Of a stretch of 64,000 nucleotides of DNA, positions 13,157 through 23,753 are shown one piece after another. The notes under the pieces are model-generated. The model saw nothing but the letters and a program-made list of their open reading frames with translations, made no database searches and had not been told where the DNA came from. Source of the DNA: Utricularia gibba (taxonomy: Eukaryota > Plantae > Magnoliophyta); the NCBI GenBank assembly GCA_002189035.1, contig NEEC01000007.1, forward strand, positions 2,852,001 through 2,916,000, given 5' to 3'. Numbering within the stretch: position 1 is the first letter of the stretch; each line of letters begins with the position of its first letter. Both the position numbers and the translations under genes were made by a program.

Positions 13157-13174
13157 TGGTGAACCCGACGTGAA
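13157..13174 (+). other. Primer-binding site complementary to the 3' end of cytosolic tRNA-Trp
   Basis: TGGTGAACCCGACGTGAA directly after the LTR. It is the reverse complement of TTCACGTCGGGTTCACCA, the 3' end of plant tRNA-Trp(CCA) as I recall it. Confidence 0.8.
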
Positions 13175-13288
13175 ACAAGCAGCTCAACATTGCTATCCTT
13201 CCAAACACGGTTTGCCACTCAAACACTACATCTAAAGGCTTCTTACCTTACTCTATATTCTATCGCAGGTTCTCAAAAGAGTGTCATC

Positions 13289-16200
13289 ATGTCTGTAACA
13301 AACATATTACCTCCCATTTTTGACGGAAAGGAATACGATATTTGGGCGCCAAAAATGGAGATATATCTCCAACTTCATGGGCTCTGGAAAATAATAGCCA
13401 CTGATCCAGTTTTTGAAGGAACACCTGAAGAAAAAACTGCAGCTGAAAAAGCTTATAGAGACAAAGAAATTCAGGCTGCAGCTGTGCTAGCCACAGCAGT
13501 GGTTGGAGATGCTTACAGGTGTATAACTCGAAGGTCTCCAAGAGAGGCGTGGCTTATGCTCGAGAAAACCTTTGAAGAAACAAAGGAAGACAAGCACAGG
13601 GAGATACAGAAACTATGGAATGAAGTTTACAACTTCAAAATTAGAGATGGCGAGGTAGCCACCAATGCAGAACAACTTCTCAAAAACCTGGAAAAACTAA
13701 AGCGCCTTGGAGAAGAAGTTGACTCCCGTGAAGAGCGCAAGCTTAAGGCCAGGATCATTCATAGTGCTCCGGCAGATTATGATGCTGTCGTTGAATCCTT
13801 GGAAGCAACCGGATTTCTAGAAACTCTGAGTCTGCAGCAACTGCTCCAACACTTCAAAAATGTGGACAGCAGACGTAAATCTCGCAATGAAGAAAATCTA
13901 TTAGAAGCTGCCTTCAAAGCATCACTTACTATAGCAGGTCCTAAAGGAGAAAATGGGACACAACAATATTCTGCACCAAGTTTCCTACCTGTCAAGAAAG
14001 AGAAAAAGGGGCCACATCCTCCTTGCCCATATTGCGCACAGAAAAACCACATTCCAACGAACTGTTTTTGGCATCCTGAGGCTCATTGCGCAATCTGTTC
14101 AACCAAAGGCCATGTGGAGCGTGTGTGTCCCACCAAGAAATCATATGCCTCTACTTATGTTGTTGCTGCATCTTCTGAACATTCAAAAAACAAATCAATT
14201 CATGTATCTCCTGATGATTCAAATATGAAAGTGAAGTCTTCAGTTTATATCTTGTGCAGCAAGACTACTCTCTCTGATTTCACTGATCTACGACACAACA
14301 CAATCTGGTTCATTGATTGCGCCTGCAGTAATCACTTGACCAACAACAAGTCTATATTCACAACATATACCCCAATATCAGGAAAAACTCTCACCATTGC
14401 TGATGGAACGCTCATTGCAGTTGAAGGTGTTGGATCAATCTGTCTGGAAACTGAACAAAAACTCATCAAGATTACTAATGTATTCTATGTACCAAAGGCT
14501 TCTCACAACTTACTGAGTGCAGGACAACTAGCAGAATGTGGATATGAGTTGAATATAGAGAACAATATGTGCTTGTTGAAGGATTATGCTCACAATATTG
14601 TACTAAAAGTGCCCATGGTAAATCGCCTCTTTCCAGTTAACTGCATGACAACTAATAGTAATTTCTGTCTTGCAGCTGTAAATACCTCTTTCCTATGGCA
14701 CAAAAGATTAGGTCACTATCATGCAAGCCAACTCAGAACAGCGCAAACCCAAGGAGTTATACATGGCGTACCTCAATTAAAGGACTGGAATTTCCCGTGC
14801 AGCACCTGTCTATTTGGGAAAATGCACAAGAAGCCATTCAAGAATCGTACTGAAGTATCCGACTCTAAACTACAGCTAGTAGTCTCTGACGTATGCGGAC
14901 CTATGCATGTTGAGACACCTGGTGGAAAGAAATTCTATGTCCTATTTATTGATGACTACACCAAGCATATGTGGGTATATTTTCTTAAGCAAAAGTCTGA
15001 AGTGACTAAATACTTCAAGCAGTTCAAGATGATGGCAGAATTACAAAGCAATTGTAGAATACTTACTTTGCATTCAGACAATGGCGGGGAATACAAATCA
15101 TCCGAACTCCGAGACATCTGCAATGCAAGTGGTATAGTTCATCGGTTTACCGTTCCATATACCCCTCAACAAAATGGTGTTTGTGAAAGGAAAAATCAAA
15201 CGATTATGAATATGGCTCGTTGCTTGTTATTGGAACACAACTTACCATTGCGCTTTTGGGGAGAAGCTGTTAACACAGCGGTATTCCTATTAAATCGACT
15301 TCCCACCAAAGGAATACCTGAAGGAAAAACTCCACATGAACTGTGGTATGGAAAAGTCCCAGATCTACAGAATCTGAAAATCTTCGGATCCCTCTGCTAT
15401 GTCCATATATCTAAAGAAAAACGCAGAAAGTTAGAGAATCATGCTCAAATGGGGGTCTTTATGGGATATTCGGACTCCTCTCAAATTTACAGAATATTTA
15501 TTCCATCCAAACAATGTATAGAAGTTCAAAGATGTGCTGATGTTGTGGTTGAAGAAAGTCTGACCTATGACTGGCATAATATCTCTTCTACTCCTGAAAA
15601 CGAAGCTGAATATTCCAGAGACATGCAACTCCTATTTCCTATCAATGCATCTGAAAATCTTACTGAAATGCACGAAGAGAATCTTGTCAATGAACTTCCT
15701 GAAACTAATACCACTATTACGAATAATTCCAATCTTGTTGGTGCAGAAACAGAGGACAACAATTATTTCAGACATCACTCAGAAAGGAATCAAGACATGC
15801 AAAGTAATGATCATATGCCATATCCTACTTCGTCGCAACAGCCTCAACATGGAGAAAGCAGAGAATCAGAATATCAATTCTCTTCATTACAAGAACAGGA
15901 GGAAAATACATCTCACTTCCAAAACTCTGAGCAAATTATATCTGAAAGACATGATAACACAGAAAATATCTCAGAAGATTCAGCAAACAACTACAATTCC
16001 TATACACATCACTTTATGCTGCAGTCAGCCGATCATCTCATAGATGAAGAGCCTGCTAGAGGTTACTGTCCTCTTACTGAAGTCTATGACAGATCGCTTA
16101 TGATTTGTGAACCTACCTCTCCCTTCGAAGCTCTCAATGATCCTGCATGGAAAACCTCAATGGATAATGAGTTACAGGCCATAGCAGAGCATCAAGTGTG

Positions 16201-17944
16201 GACAGCGGTGGATAAACCTCTCAATATTAAACCGTTGGGATTAAAATGGATTTATCGCACAAAGCTAAATCCAGACGGCTCAGTAAATAAGTTAAAGTCT
16301 AGGCTGGTTGCAAAAGGATATCTTCAAAAGGAAGGTATAGACTACTGGGAGACTTTCGCACCGGTAGCTCGTCTGGATACAATAAAATTGATTATCGCAT
16401 TAGCCGCCAGTCAAGGTTGGATCCTGCACCATTTAGACATAAAGAATGCGTTTCTGAATGGAGACTTGAAAGAAGACATATATGTTGAAAATCCTCCCGG
16501 TTTTACACTAAAGGATGGCTCAAATAAGGTGTTAAAACTCCAAAAGGCTCTCTACGGGCTTAAACAAGCGCCCAAGGAATGGTATTCAACCATAGATTCA
16601 TACTTTGGTCAAATGGGTTATATCAGAAGCAAGAACGACCCTACTCTATACACCCTCAACAATCAAACTGGAAAGGTCATCATATCTTTATACGTTGATG
16701 ACATCTTACTAACAGGAAATAACGAGACATTGATAGCAGATCAAAAATCAAGGCTCAAACAACGGTTCGAATTGACTGATCTAGGGCCAGCAAGATATAT
16801 TCTTGGACTAGAGATAATACAAGATCCCAATTTTATATTTCTCAGCCAGCAAAAATACACTGAAGACTTACTAAAAAAATTTGGGATGGACAATGCAAAA
16901 GAAGCAACTACGCCTTTCACTCCATACCTGAAGAACAAGGCAAACAACTATCTGAAAGAATTAAATTCTGCCGATTCAGGGCCACAAGATCCTCAAGAAA
17001 ATTCAGTGAACATACGAGAATATCAGAAGACTGTTGGTGCCCTACTATACCTCACCTCAACTCGACCGGACATTACATTCGCTGTAACGTTTCTATCCAG
17101 GTTTATGCATCACCCTCTTGCTTTACACCTTAGAATAGCTAAACAAATATTCAAATATCTGAATGCTACAAAAACTATGGGTTTATACTTCAAAAGGCAT
17201 ACTGACCTATCTCTTCAAGGGTTCGTAGACTCTGATTTCGCAGGTGACGAATCTGATCTTAAATCCACCACTGGTTATTTGTTTACTCTGGGCTCTGCTG
17301 CATTTGCTTGGAACAGCAGAAAACAGACCTTAGTAGCTCAATCCTCAGCCGAAGCAGAATACATGGCTGGAGCTTGTGCTGCAAATCACGCTCAATGGCT
17401 CCTGAAATTATGTGAAGATTTACAGATCAAGATTAACAAGCCACTCATTCTGAAAATTGACAGCAAATCAGCCATAAGTATAGCTCAAAATCCGGTCATG
17501 TTTGGGAAGACGAAGCATATCAAAATCAAATACCATGTTCTTAGGGAATACATCAAAGAAGGAAGCATAAAATTGGAGTATTTACCATCAGAAAGACAAG
17601 CCGCAGACATTCTCACCAAAGCCCTCTTTCCAAGTCATTTCTCTCAAATCCGTGAGCTATTAGGGCTGCGCAGAAATCCCTTGATTACTGCTGCCTCATC
17701 TCATGTTCTTCCTCAAGGAGGAATGATGTCGAGTGAGGACGAATATGAGATAAACCAGCAGCAAACTGTGAGAAATGTGGAGGACCCAGAACAGGAAAAT
17801 ACGAATGTGTTGAGAGATAACGGGAGGAAGAAGAAGAAGGTCTGTCAGCAACTCGGACTGATTATACTGGACAGCAAGATCAGAAGATGGGCCACCAACA
17901 AAGATCTTGCTACTCATCCACTTCAAGAAAATGGCCCAACATGA
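13289..17944 (+). CDS. Copia Gag-Pol polyprotein
   Basis: First ATG at 13289 (MSVTNILPPIFDG..YDIW). Zinc knuckles CPYCAQKNH..C and CAICSTKGH...C; protease WFIDCACSNH; integrase LWHKRLGH, SDNGGEY and PQQNGVCERKN; RT TFAPVARLDTI, DIKNAFLNG, LYGLKQAP and YVDD; RNase H DSDFAG, AEAEY and ADILTK. Confidence 0.97.
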   Translation: MSVTNILPPIFDGKEYDIWAPKMEIYLQLHGLWKIIATDPVFEGTPEEKTAAEKAYRDKEIQAAAVLATAVVGDAYRCITRRSPREAWLMLEKTFEETKEDKHREIQKLWNEVYNFKIRDGEVATNAEQLLKNLEKLKRLGEEVDSREERKLKARIIHSAPADYDAVVESLEATGFLETLSLQQLLQHFKNVDSRRKSRNEENLLEAAFKASLTIAGPKGENGTQQYSAPSFLPVKKEKKGPHPPCPYCAQKNHIPTNCFWHPEAHCAICSTKGHVERVCPTKKSYASTYVVAASSEHSKNKSIHVSPDDSNMKVKSSVYILCSKTTLSDFTDLRHNTIWFIDCACSNHLTNNKSIFTTYTPISGKTLTIADGTLIAVEGVGSICLETEQKLIKITNVFYVPKASHNLLSAGQLAECGYELNIENNMCLLKDYAHNIVLKVPMVNRLFPVNCMTTNSNFCLAAVNTSFLWHKRLGHYHASQLRTAQTQGVIHGVPQLKDWNFPCSTCLFGKMHKKPFKNRTEVSDSKLQLVVSDVCGPMHVETPGGKKFYVLFIDDYTKHMWVYFLKQKSEVTKYFKQFKMMAELQSNCRILTLHSDNGGEYKSSELRDICNASGIVHRFTVPYTPQQNGVCERKNQTIMNMARCLLLEHNLPLRFWGEAVNTAVFLLNRLPTKGIPEGKTPHELWYGKVPDLQNLKIFGSLCYVHISKEKRRKLENHAQMGVFMGYSDSSQIYRIFIPSKQCIEVQRCADVVVEESLTYDWHNISSTPENEAEYSRDMQLLFPINASENLTEMHEENLVNELPETNTTITNNSNLVGAETEDNNYFRHHSERNQDMQSNDHMPYPTSSQQPQHGESRESEYQFSSLQEQEENTSHFQNSEQIISERHDNTENISEDSANNYNSYTHHFMLQSADHLIDEEPARGYCPLTEVYDRSLMICEPTSPFEALNDPAWKTSMDNELQAIAEHQVWTAVDKPLNIKPLGLKWIYRTKLNPDGSVNKLKSRLVAKGYLQKEGIDYWETFAPVARLDTIKLIIALAASQGWILHHLDIKNAFLNGDLKEDIYVENPPGFTLKDGSNKVLKLQKALYGLKQAPKEWYSTIDSYFGQMGYIRSKNDPTLYTLNNQTGKVIISLYVDDILLTGNNETLIADQKSRLKQRFELTDLGPARYILGLEIIQDPNFIFLSQQKYTEDLLKKFGMDNAKEATTPFTPYLKNKANNYLKELNSADSGPQDPQENSVNIREYQKTVGALLYLTSTRPDITFAVTFLSRFMHHPLALHLRIAKQIFKYLNATKTMGLYFKRHTDLSLQGFVDSDFAGDESDLKSTTGYLFTLGSAAFAWNSRKQTLVAQSSAEAEYMAGACAANHAQWLLKLCEDLQIKINKPLILKIDSKSAISIAQNPVMFGKTKHIKIKYHVLREYIKEGSIKLEYLPSERQAADILTKALFPSHFSQIRELLGLRRNPLITAASSHVLPQGGMMSSEDEYEINQQQTVRNVEDPEQENTNVLRDNGRKKKKVCQQLGLIILDSKIRRWATNKDLATHPLQENGPT
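17714..17723 (+). other. Polypurine tract
   Basis: CAAGGAGGAA immediately before the 3' LTR. Confidence 0.75.
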
Positions 17945-18113
17945 TGATATGGCCCAACGTGCTGAAGTCAATATTGTTGGAAGTCGTAGTGAGCAACGGC
18001 TAATCCCTAGAAGTAGGCGACCGTTGCTAAAGAACTATAAATATGTGTACTCTTGCATAACATTAAAATATATCTGTTCTACAACCCTCACACATCGATA
18101 TAAACTGCTATCA
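17724..18113 (+). repeat. 3' LTR (390 bp)
   Basis: Same sequence as 12767-13156, followed by the TSD AGCGC. Confidence 0.97.
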
Positions 18114-20427
18114 AGCGCTTCCGATGTTCCTCTGTTTTCCGGCGATGGGATGATGATGGAAGAAACGTCAACCCTCTGCACCAACACGGGCTTCCATGAC
18201 GACGGCATCTTTGAGTGGGCATTTGGAGATCAAGGTATGCTTTATCTACATGTATAAAGAGGGCTTTCTTTGCACTTGCTCTTCTGCTAAACTGCTCCTT
18301 TTTGGTTGCAGTGATCAACTTCAACGTAAGCGAAACCATCGGCATAGGAGAAATGCAGCACACCAGCAGACGAACAGCGTCACACGACGATCAACTGATT
18401 CATGTTCCTGAGTTAAGTCCACCAAACCTGCTACTCTCCCAAGGCATGGGTGAGATGAACCCCTGGAACGATCTGGAACCGGATCTATTCTTCGATCATA
18501 CCTTCAACATTTCTTCCTTTTTCGACGTCATGACCTACGACGATGGAACAAGGGCCTGATATCCCCCACACTGAGTACCACATAACTACAGCACTCTCGC
18601 TTCTCAAACATGGAAACTTGCTACTGTTCATTCTCATTGGCACGTCAGATGAGAATTTTATTTCACTTTTTTTCTCGCCTTTATCTTACAAAAACAACAA
18701 CATCAACAAACTGTTTGAAGAAATTGAATGTAAGTAACATAAAACTTGTCCAGAAATATAAGCTACTATATGTGAACTAAGTGTTGGCATTGACAATGCC
18801 GTACTGTGCAATCCATGTGTCTACACAAGTAGCCACGTGGGTGGCCAATACAAATGATATCAGCAAGTACTACAGAAATCACATAGGCGTGCGTGCTTCT
18901 TGACTCTGCTGCATTCGTCAATGCAGCAGCATATCATCATCTGGGCTGCCACCCCAACATCGATACTATGGGAAATCCCCTTCCTTGGGGCAACCATACT
19001 CGGTTAATAAAAACCCCAATATACAACTCTAGTATTTATGTTAAATTAAAATAATACAGATAACCATTTCTCAAATAAACTCAAAATCCGTGTCCTTTGA
19101 GCTGATATAAAGCACAGCCGGATTGAAAGAGGTAGTCAAATTATATATAAATGATCATTCGTACAATCTTTCTCACATAATAAATTAAAATTTTTACATT
19201 AGTTCATTTTTATTAGACACTCATACGGGGACGTCCACTTTTCTAATGCAACTCCATGATATTTATGAAAAAGTGATGCTGAAATTCAGAATTCGATAGA
19301 TTGAATAAGAATATGTAAAGTTTAAATATATAAGAAATATAAATTATATTAAAAAAGATTAGATTTAAATCTATTATTATTGATTTATAATTTATTATAG
19401 TATAAATAATAATAATAAGTTGTATTATACACATAAACTAATTTATTTATCAAATACTGCTTAAATATATACTTTTCTAAAGGATTGAAGCAAATAAATT
19501 AGTTATCCAAAAAAATATATAAATTGAAACAACAATAAATAATATGTTAATACAATTATACAAAAATAATAAAGTATTTTAAAATAAAAAAATTAAATAA
19601 TATAATATTTTATAAATTTCTAGTTTAAAACTAAAACGATTCATACTTCAAAATAAATAAGTTCATAAGTTCAAAAATATAAAAATTTATATTTCTATAA
19701 GAGTCCATGTTTTCATCTCTAACTCATAAAATAACGATAAGATAAATGTATCTAAATTTTAAATTATCCAAATTTTACAAAATAAAAAGCGATGAAGAAA
19801 AGGAACAAGAAACCTTGGGTAGTAAGAGACAATACAAAAATAGATGAGAAACCCTAATTATCATAACATTTGAATTTGATTTAAATAATTATTTTTAACA
19901 CTTTAATATTATTTTCGAATTAATTGTATTTTATAAATAATAAAATAATTTGAAGATTTCAAGTTGTAGAAAAAGAATATATTCAATTAAATTAATCCTA
20001 TGTAATGTTTTAATACATACTGTATTACGTATTCAATATGTATTCGATATTCGACATTTGAAATATTTTTGTAATATTTTCAATTTAGATGGTAATATTT
20101 GAAATATTAAATATTTTTTTGAAATAATGGTAATTTCAATGGTTTAGGATGAATTTGGGTTCATTTAATAAATGCGATCAACACATTTTGGATGATTGCT
20201 CGCAAAGAGGGAATCGGATTCCTCGCTGGTCAAAAAACTTCTTCCCTCTCTCGCCATGGGAGGAAAGAAATTAGGTAAGATGGGAGGGGATCCCATTTTT
20301 CCGATTGGCGGTCATCTCTGTCTAATGGGTTCTCCGGCAATCTCCTGCAGCGTCGTTTTTCGGCAGCCTCTGCGGGAACTCGCCGCCGTCCCGGGAGCCA
20401 TCCAGGTCATCAGTCGACGGTGCGAAG

Positions 20428-20724
20428 ATGGAGGTGGGAGAGCAGCAGAAACCGAGGTCGAAGAGCATGAGGATTGTGAGCAAGAAGAAGATGGAACGGG
20501 AGGATTCCGTGTGGAAGAAGCCGATCATCTTGGGGGAGAAATGCAGGGTGCCTGACGAGGATGAAGACGACGCCGTTTTACACGACGAGAACGGGAACCG
20601 GATCTCGGCGTACCACCGGAGAAGCTCCGCCAGCGCGAGCTTCGCCATGCCATGTTCGCGGCTGAGCTGCTCGACGGATGACGGGGAACAAGTGCATGCG
20701 CCGGAGAAAGCGGGTAGATCATGA
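20428..20724 (+). CDS. Small conserved plant protein (W.K.II.GEKC motif family); true start may be 20256
   Basis: SVWKKPIILGEKCRVPDE...VLHDENGNRI resembles a widespread uncharacterised family. GC-rich island within AT-rich DNA. Confidence 0.65.
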   Translation: MEVGEQQKPRSKSMRIVSKKKMEREDSVWKKPIILGEKCRVPDEDEDDAVLHDENGNRISAYHRRSSASASFAMPCSRLSCSTDDGEQVHAPEKAGRS

Positions 20725-22101
20725 ATTTTGTCAATATTCTTTCGTTCATTTTTTTCTAAAAGAAAAGAAAAGGAGAAAATTCAAATAAATAAATGCCTTG
20801 GTCATTCCAAAATTCCACAACGAAGATGAACCAGGACCATAATCCAGCATCCATGCAGTGCAATGCAATTGCATGAGGAGAACATGATTCTAAGTCGCCC
20901 ACCAGCACTCTCAGATGATGTTCTACACATTTTTTAAAATACTTTTACTTCAGCAATCATAAAAATGGAATTTTATAAGAACAATAAATATTTCTTTTTT
21001 TCTTTTTTTTTTAAATTTTTTTTTCCTTTCTCCTTCTTCATCCAAAGGAGACCTCTTAAGAGTTCCATGCCTTCAAATCTGAAATTGATGGTTCTTCGAG
21101 CAACTACGATTCCATTGGTAAAGTATACTTGATACATCTTCATGGCCTTAGAGTAATTGAAGATGAATCAATTAAAAGAGATGACAAAGGCGAAGCACGA
21201 AATTTAAGAAGTAAATCGATATTAATAATATTTGCTGTGCTATGTGCATTTTTATTTTGTTATATGGGTTTCACGTAGCCATTAAATATAAAAACAAGAA
21301 GTCTGGTATGTATGAGTTTATAACATAGATAACTGGATCATATCTTTGTTTTGACAGTGATTTTGGAACCTAAAATGTAAAAACTAGCTGATTTTCTATG
21401 AAAAATCTGTTCTTTTCTTTTGTAAAGTATCAAACTCAACTTCTTTGTGGACTTCAAATGCAGAAACTTCTGGAAATATACTAGACAACAACTTGAAATC
21501 TCATTGTTTCAAATCCCGCCTGATGAGTCCAGCCCCATGCTCTAGACACTACACTAAACTTTTTCAAGATCTCATTAGGAAGTGAAGAAAAATCTATCAC
21601 TCTTTTTCCAAAGTTAAAAAACAGTACCATCTCCTTTATTTTTAAGACATCAAAAATGTCTAGCAATGCATATTCAATGATAACCCTAAAATATCATACA
21701 CTAAAACTGAACATATTTCTATCAAATGTAATCAATGTGGTTCCTCCATTCCTTCAAAGGCTGTTACAAGTCGAAAAGCATTGCATCAATGGGATCTTAG
21801 CTGCAAAATTTTTCAGGCAGTGAGGAGGCAAATGCTCATGTAAATTTTTCTGCTGTAACTGAGATTGGCAAGGGTGAGTTATAAGGAGAGGCTGATGGCA
21901 TCTGTTATACAAAAAGATGGATAATTTAACTGCCTTCATGTGCATGTACAGATACAGTAAAATGCAGAGGGAGTACTGGTTAGAGGACACAGAGGTAGGA
22001 ATTAAGACTCTTGTTCACCACAGCTACGTATGTTTTGGTTCCCTTCTCAGCTTCTTCTCCACAAAGCATTCTGCCAAAGCTACAAAAGAAGCAAAGTTGT
22101 G

Positions 22102-23753
22102 TTAAGATAGCAGATTCCATGGGTGCAAGAGCATGAGCGTGGGGTATAGACTGAGATGCATACTTTGGGGTCCTCTCATCTTCTTCTCTTTAGACAGCAA
22201 CTTTGCAAAGCTACAAGAAAAAAGCAAGAAAGGCTTCAAGATCAATGGTAGTTACAGGGCCACACAAATGACGTGTACCTTACAAGAGCTTCCTCATTGG
22301 TAACTGCTTCAAAAGCAGTTGTCTCCATGTCCTCCACTCTTGAAACTGGTTTCTTTAGTAGATTCTTCCCAATTTCAACCAACTTATGCAGATTAGTTTC
22401 GGTTGCAAAATCCACTTGTGCCTCTTTATTTGTTAGACTGTTCTCCTGCCATGTTTATATTGTCGGTTCATGTGCTTGTTCACTGTTAGATTAAAGCATG
22501 ATGTTCCTCTTGTGTCTGGGTAACTTACTTGGATTCTTAGATAGTTTTGCATGGAGTAGAAGGCTTCAAAAACCACAGGCATTTGAAATTCGATCATCTC
22601 TGCACTCGCTTCACTGAAGACCTCGAATATTGGCAACAACCATTGGAAAACACCCCAATGTGATGCATTCTTTGCACTCAAATGTCTCTCCTGCTTACCA
22701 GTTCCCACAGAGATGACTAAAAACCGAGCCATTTCTATTGGTTTTACTGTGAAGAAACTGGGGTTCAGTTCCAAGATTTGCTTCAACACTTCATTGATTG
22801 CAACCAATGCCTAAAACAACAACAAAGATGACTGATTATATATCGTCAAAACCTTCCAGAGCGCAGAAAAGACTCTGAGTATTACAATCAACCTCACCGG
22901 ATTATTCGCTGCAACACCGCCATCGACTAGATTGAATTCACGTATCCTGCCTTGATCATCCTCTGTGGTGAAATAGTGTGCTGGGAAGTAAGTCGGAGCT
23001 GCAGATGTTGCTATGCAGATATCTGCTAAGTGAGCATCAAGACCAGGATTTGTCTTCACCTATTTTTATGCAGAGAAAAAACAATTACTTCACTAAAGTT
23101 GAACTCAAAATTTTGAACACCTGCAAGAGCAAGACAAGAAGAACAACCTGAAACGAAGAGAAAATGGTAGGCTTCGATTCCTTGATATCAAAAGTTGGGA
23201 TGACAAGATTAGTAACAGTCTCGTGCAACAGAGTTTTCCCGAGATTTTCCCTCACTACTTTGTGCAGAAACTTTCCATCATACCTTGGACCAACTAATGA
23301 TCCCAGTAATCGCTTCAAGCAACTGCGGTCGAATCAAAGACTGTTACTTTCTACTCAAGACGCTGCTGAAAGCTATTGAGATTTGTTTGATTTCTTACCG
23401 TCGCTGAGGAAATATCTTGGGGCCATTCTCAAGATAAAACGGCACAATATCCTTAGCAGCATAAAGAGGGCGGTTATTCTCGTTAGGAGCCGTTAGCATG
23501 GAAGCGATCAGACCACCGGTGCTCGTCCCCGCCACCACATCGAAGTAATCAGCGAGCCTTGCGTCCTCACCGTCTAGTTTCTGACAAATTTAAGCACACG
23601 TGTAACAAGCAAGAGATCATGAGTTTTTCTAACATCTTGTACCTGAAGCTCGCCTTCGAGGAATTCGAGGACTGTGGCTGGTATGATCCCTCGTATGCCT
23701 CCTCCATCGATGGTCAGAATCGTGATGAGTTTGGTTTTTGAAGGACTCTCCAT
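22102..23753 (-). CDS. Patatin-like phospholipase A (pPLA-II type)
   Basis: Exons 23753-23643, 23580-23399, 23322-23148, 23059-22898, 22810-22529, 22445-22279 and 22210-22102 splice in frame. DGGGIRG, GTSTG and DGG catalytic motifs are intact. Confidence 0.94.

Larger units (their letters stand above)
12767..18113 (+). mobile_element. Full-length Ty1/Copia LTR retrotransposon (Ivana-like by RT/RH motifs)
   Basis: TG...CA LTRs of 390 bp, 5-bp TSD AGCGC (12762-12766 and 18114-18118), PBS, PPT and a single uninterrupted gag-PR-INT-RT-RH ORF. Confidence 0.98.
11265..18559 (+). pseudogene. WRI1: WRINKLED1-like double-AP2 transcription factor interrupted by a Copia insertion
   Basis: Exons 11265-11383, 11479-11561, micro-exon 11754-11762, 11906-11993, 12126-12250, 12330-12406, 12487-12766 plus 18119-18234, and 18312-18559. 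Motifs [31 protein letters not shown] and AAAAYDMAAIE.RG.NAVTNF; acidic C-terminus. Removing the element and one TSD copy restores ...LVSASDVPLF... Confidence 0.88.

Noticed and set aside
15567-16043. 158-aa alternative-frame ORF in the INT-RT spacer
   Set aside because: No motif or slippage signal seen; plausible by chance in A-rich sequence.
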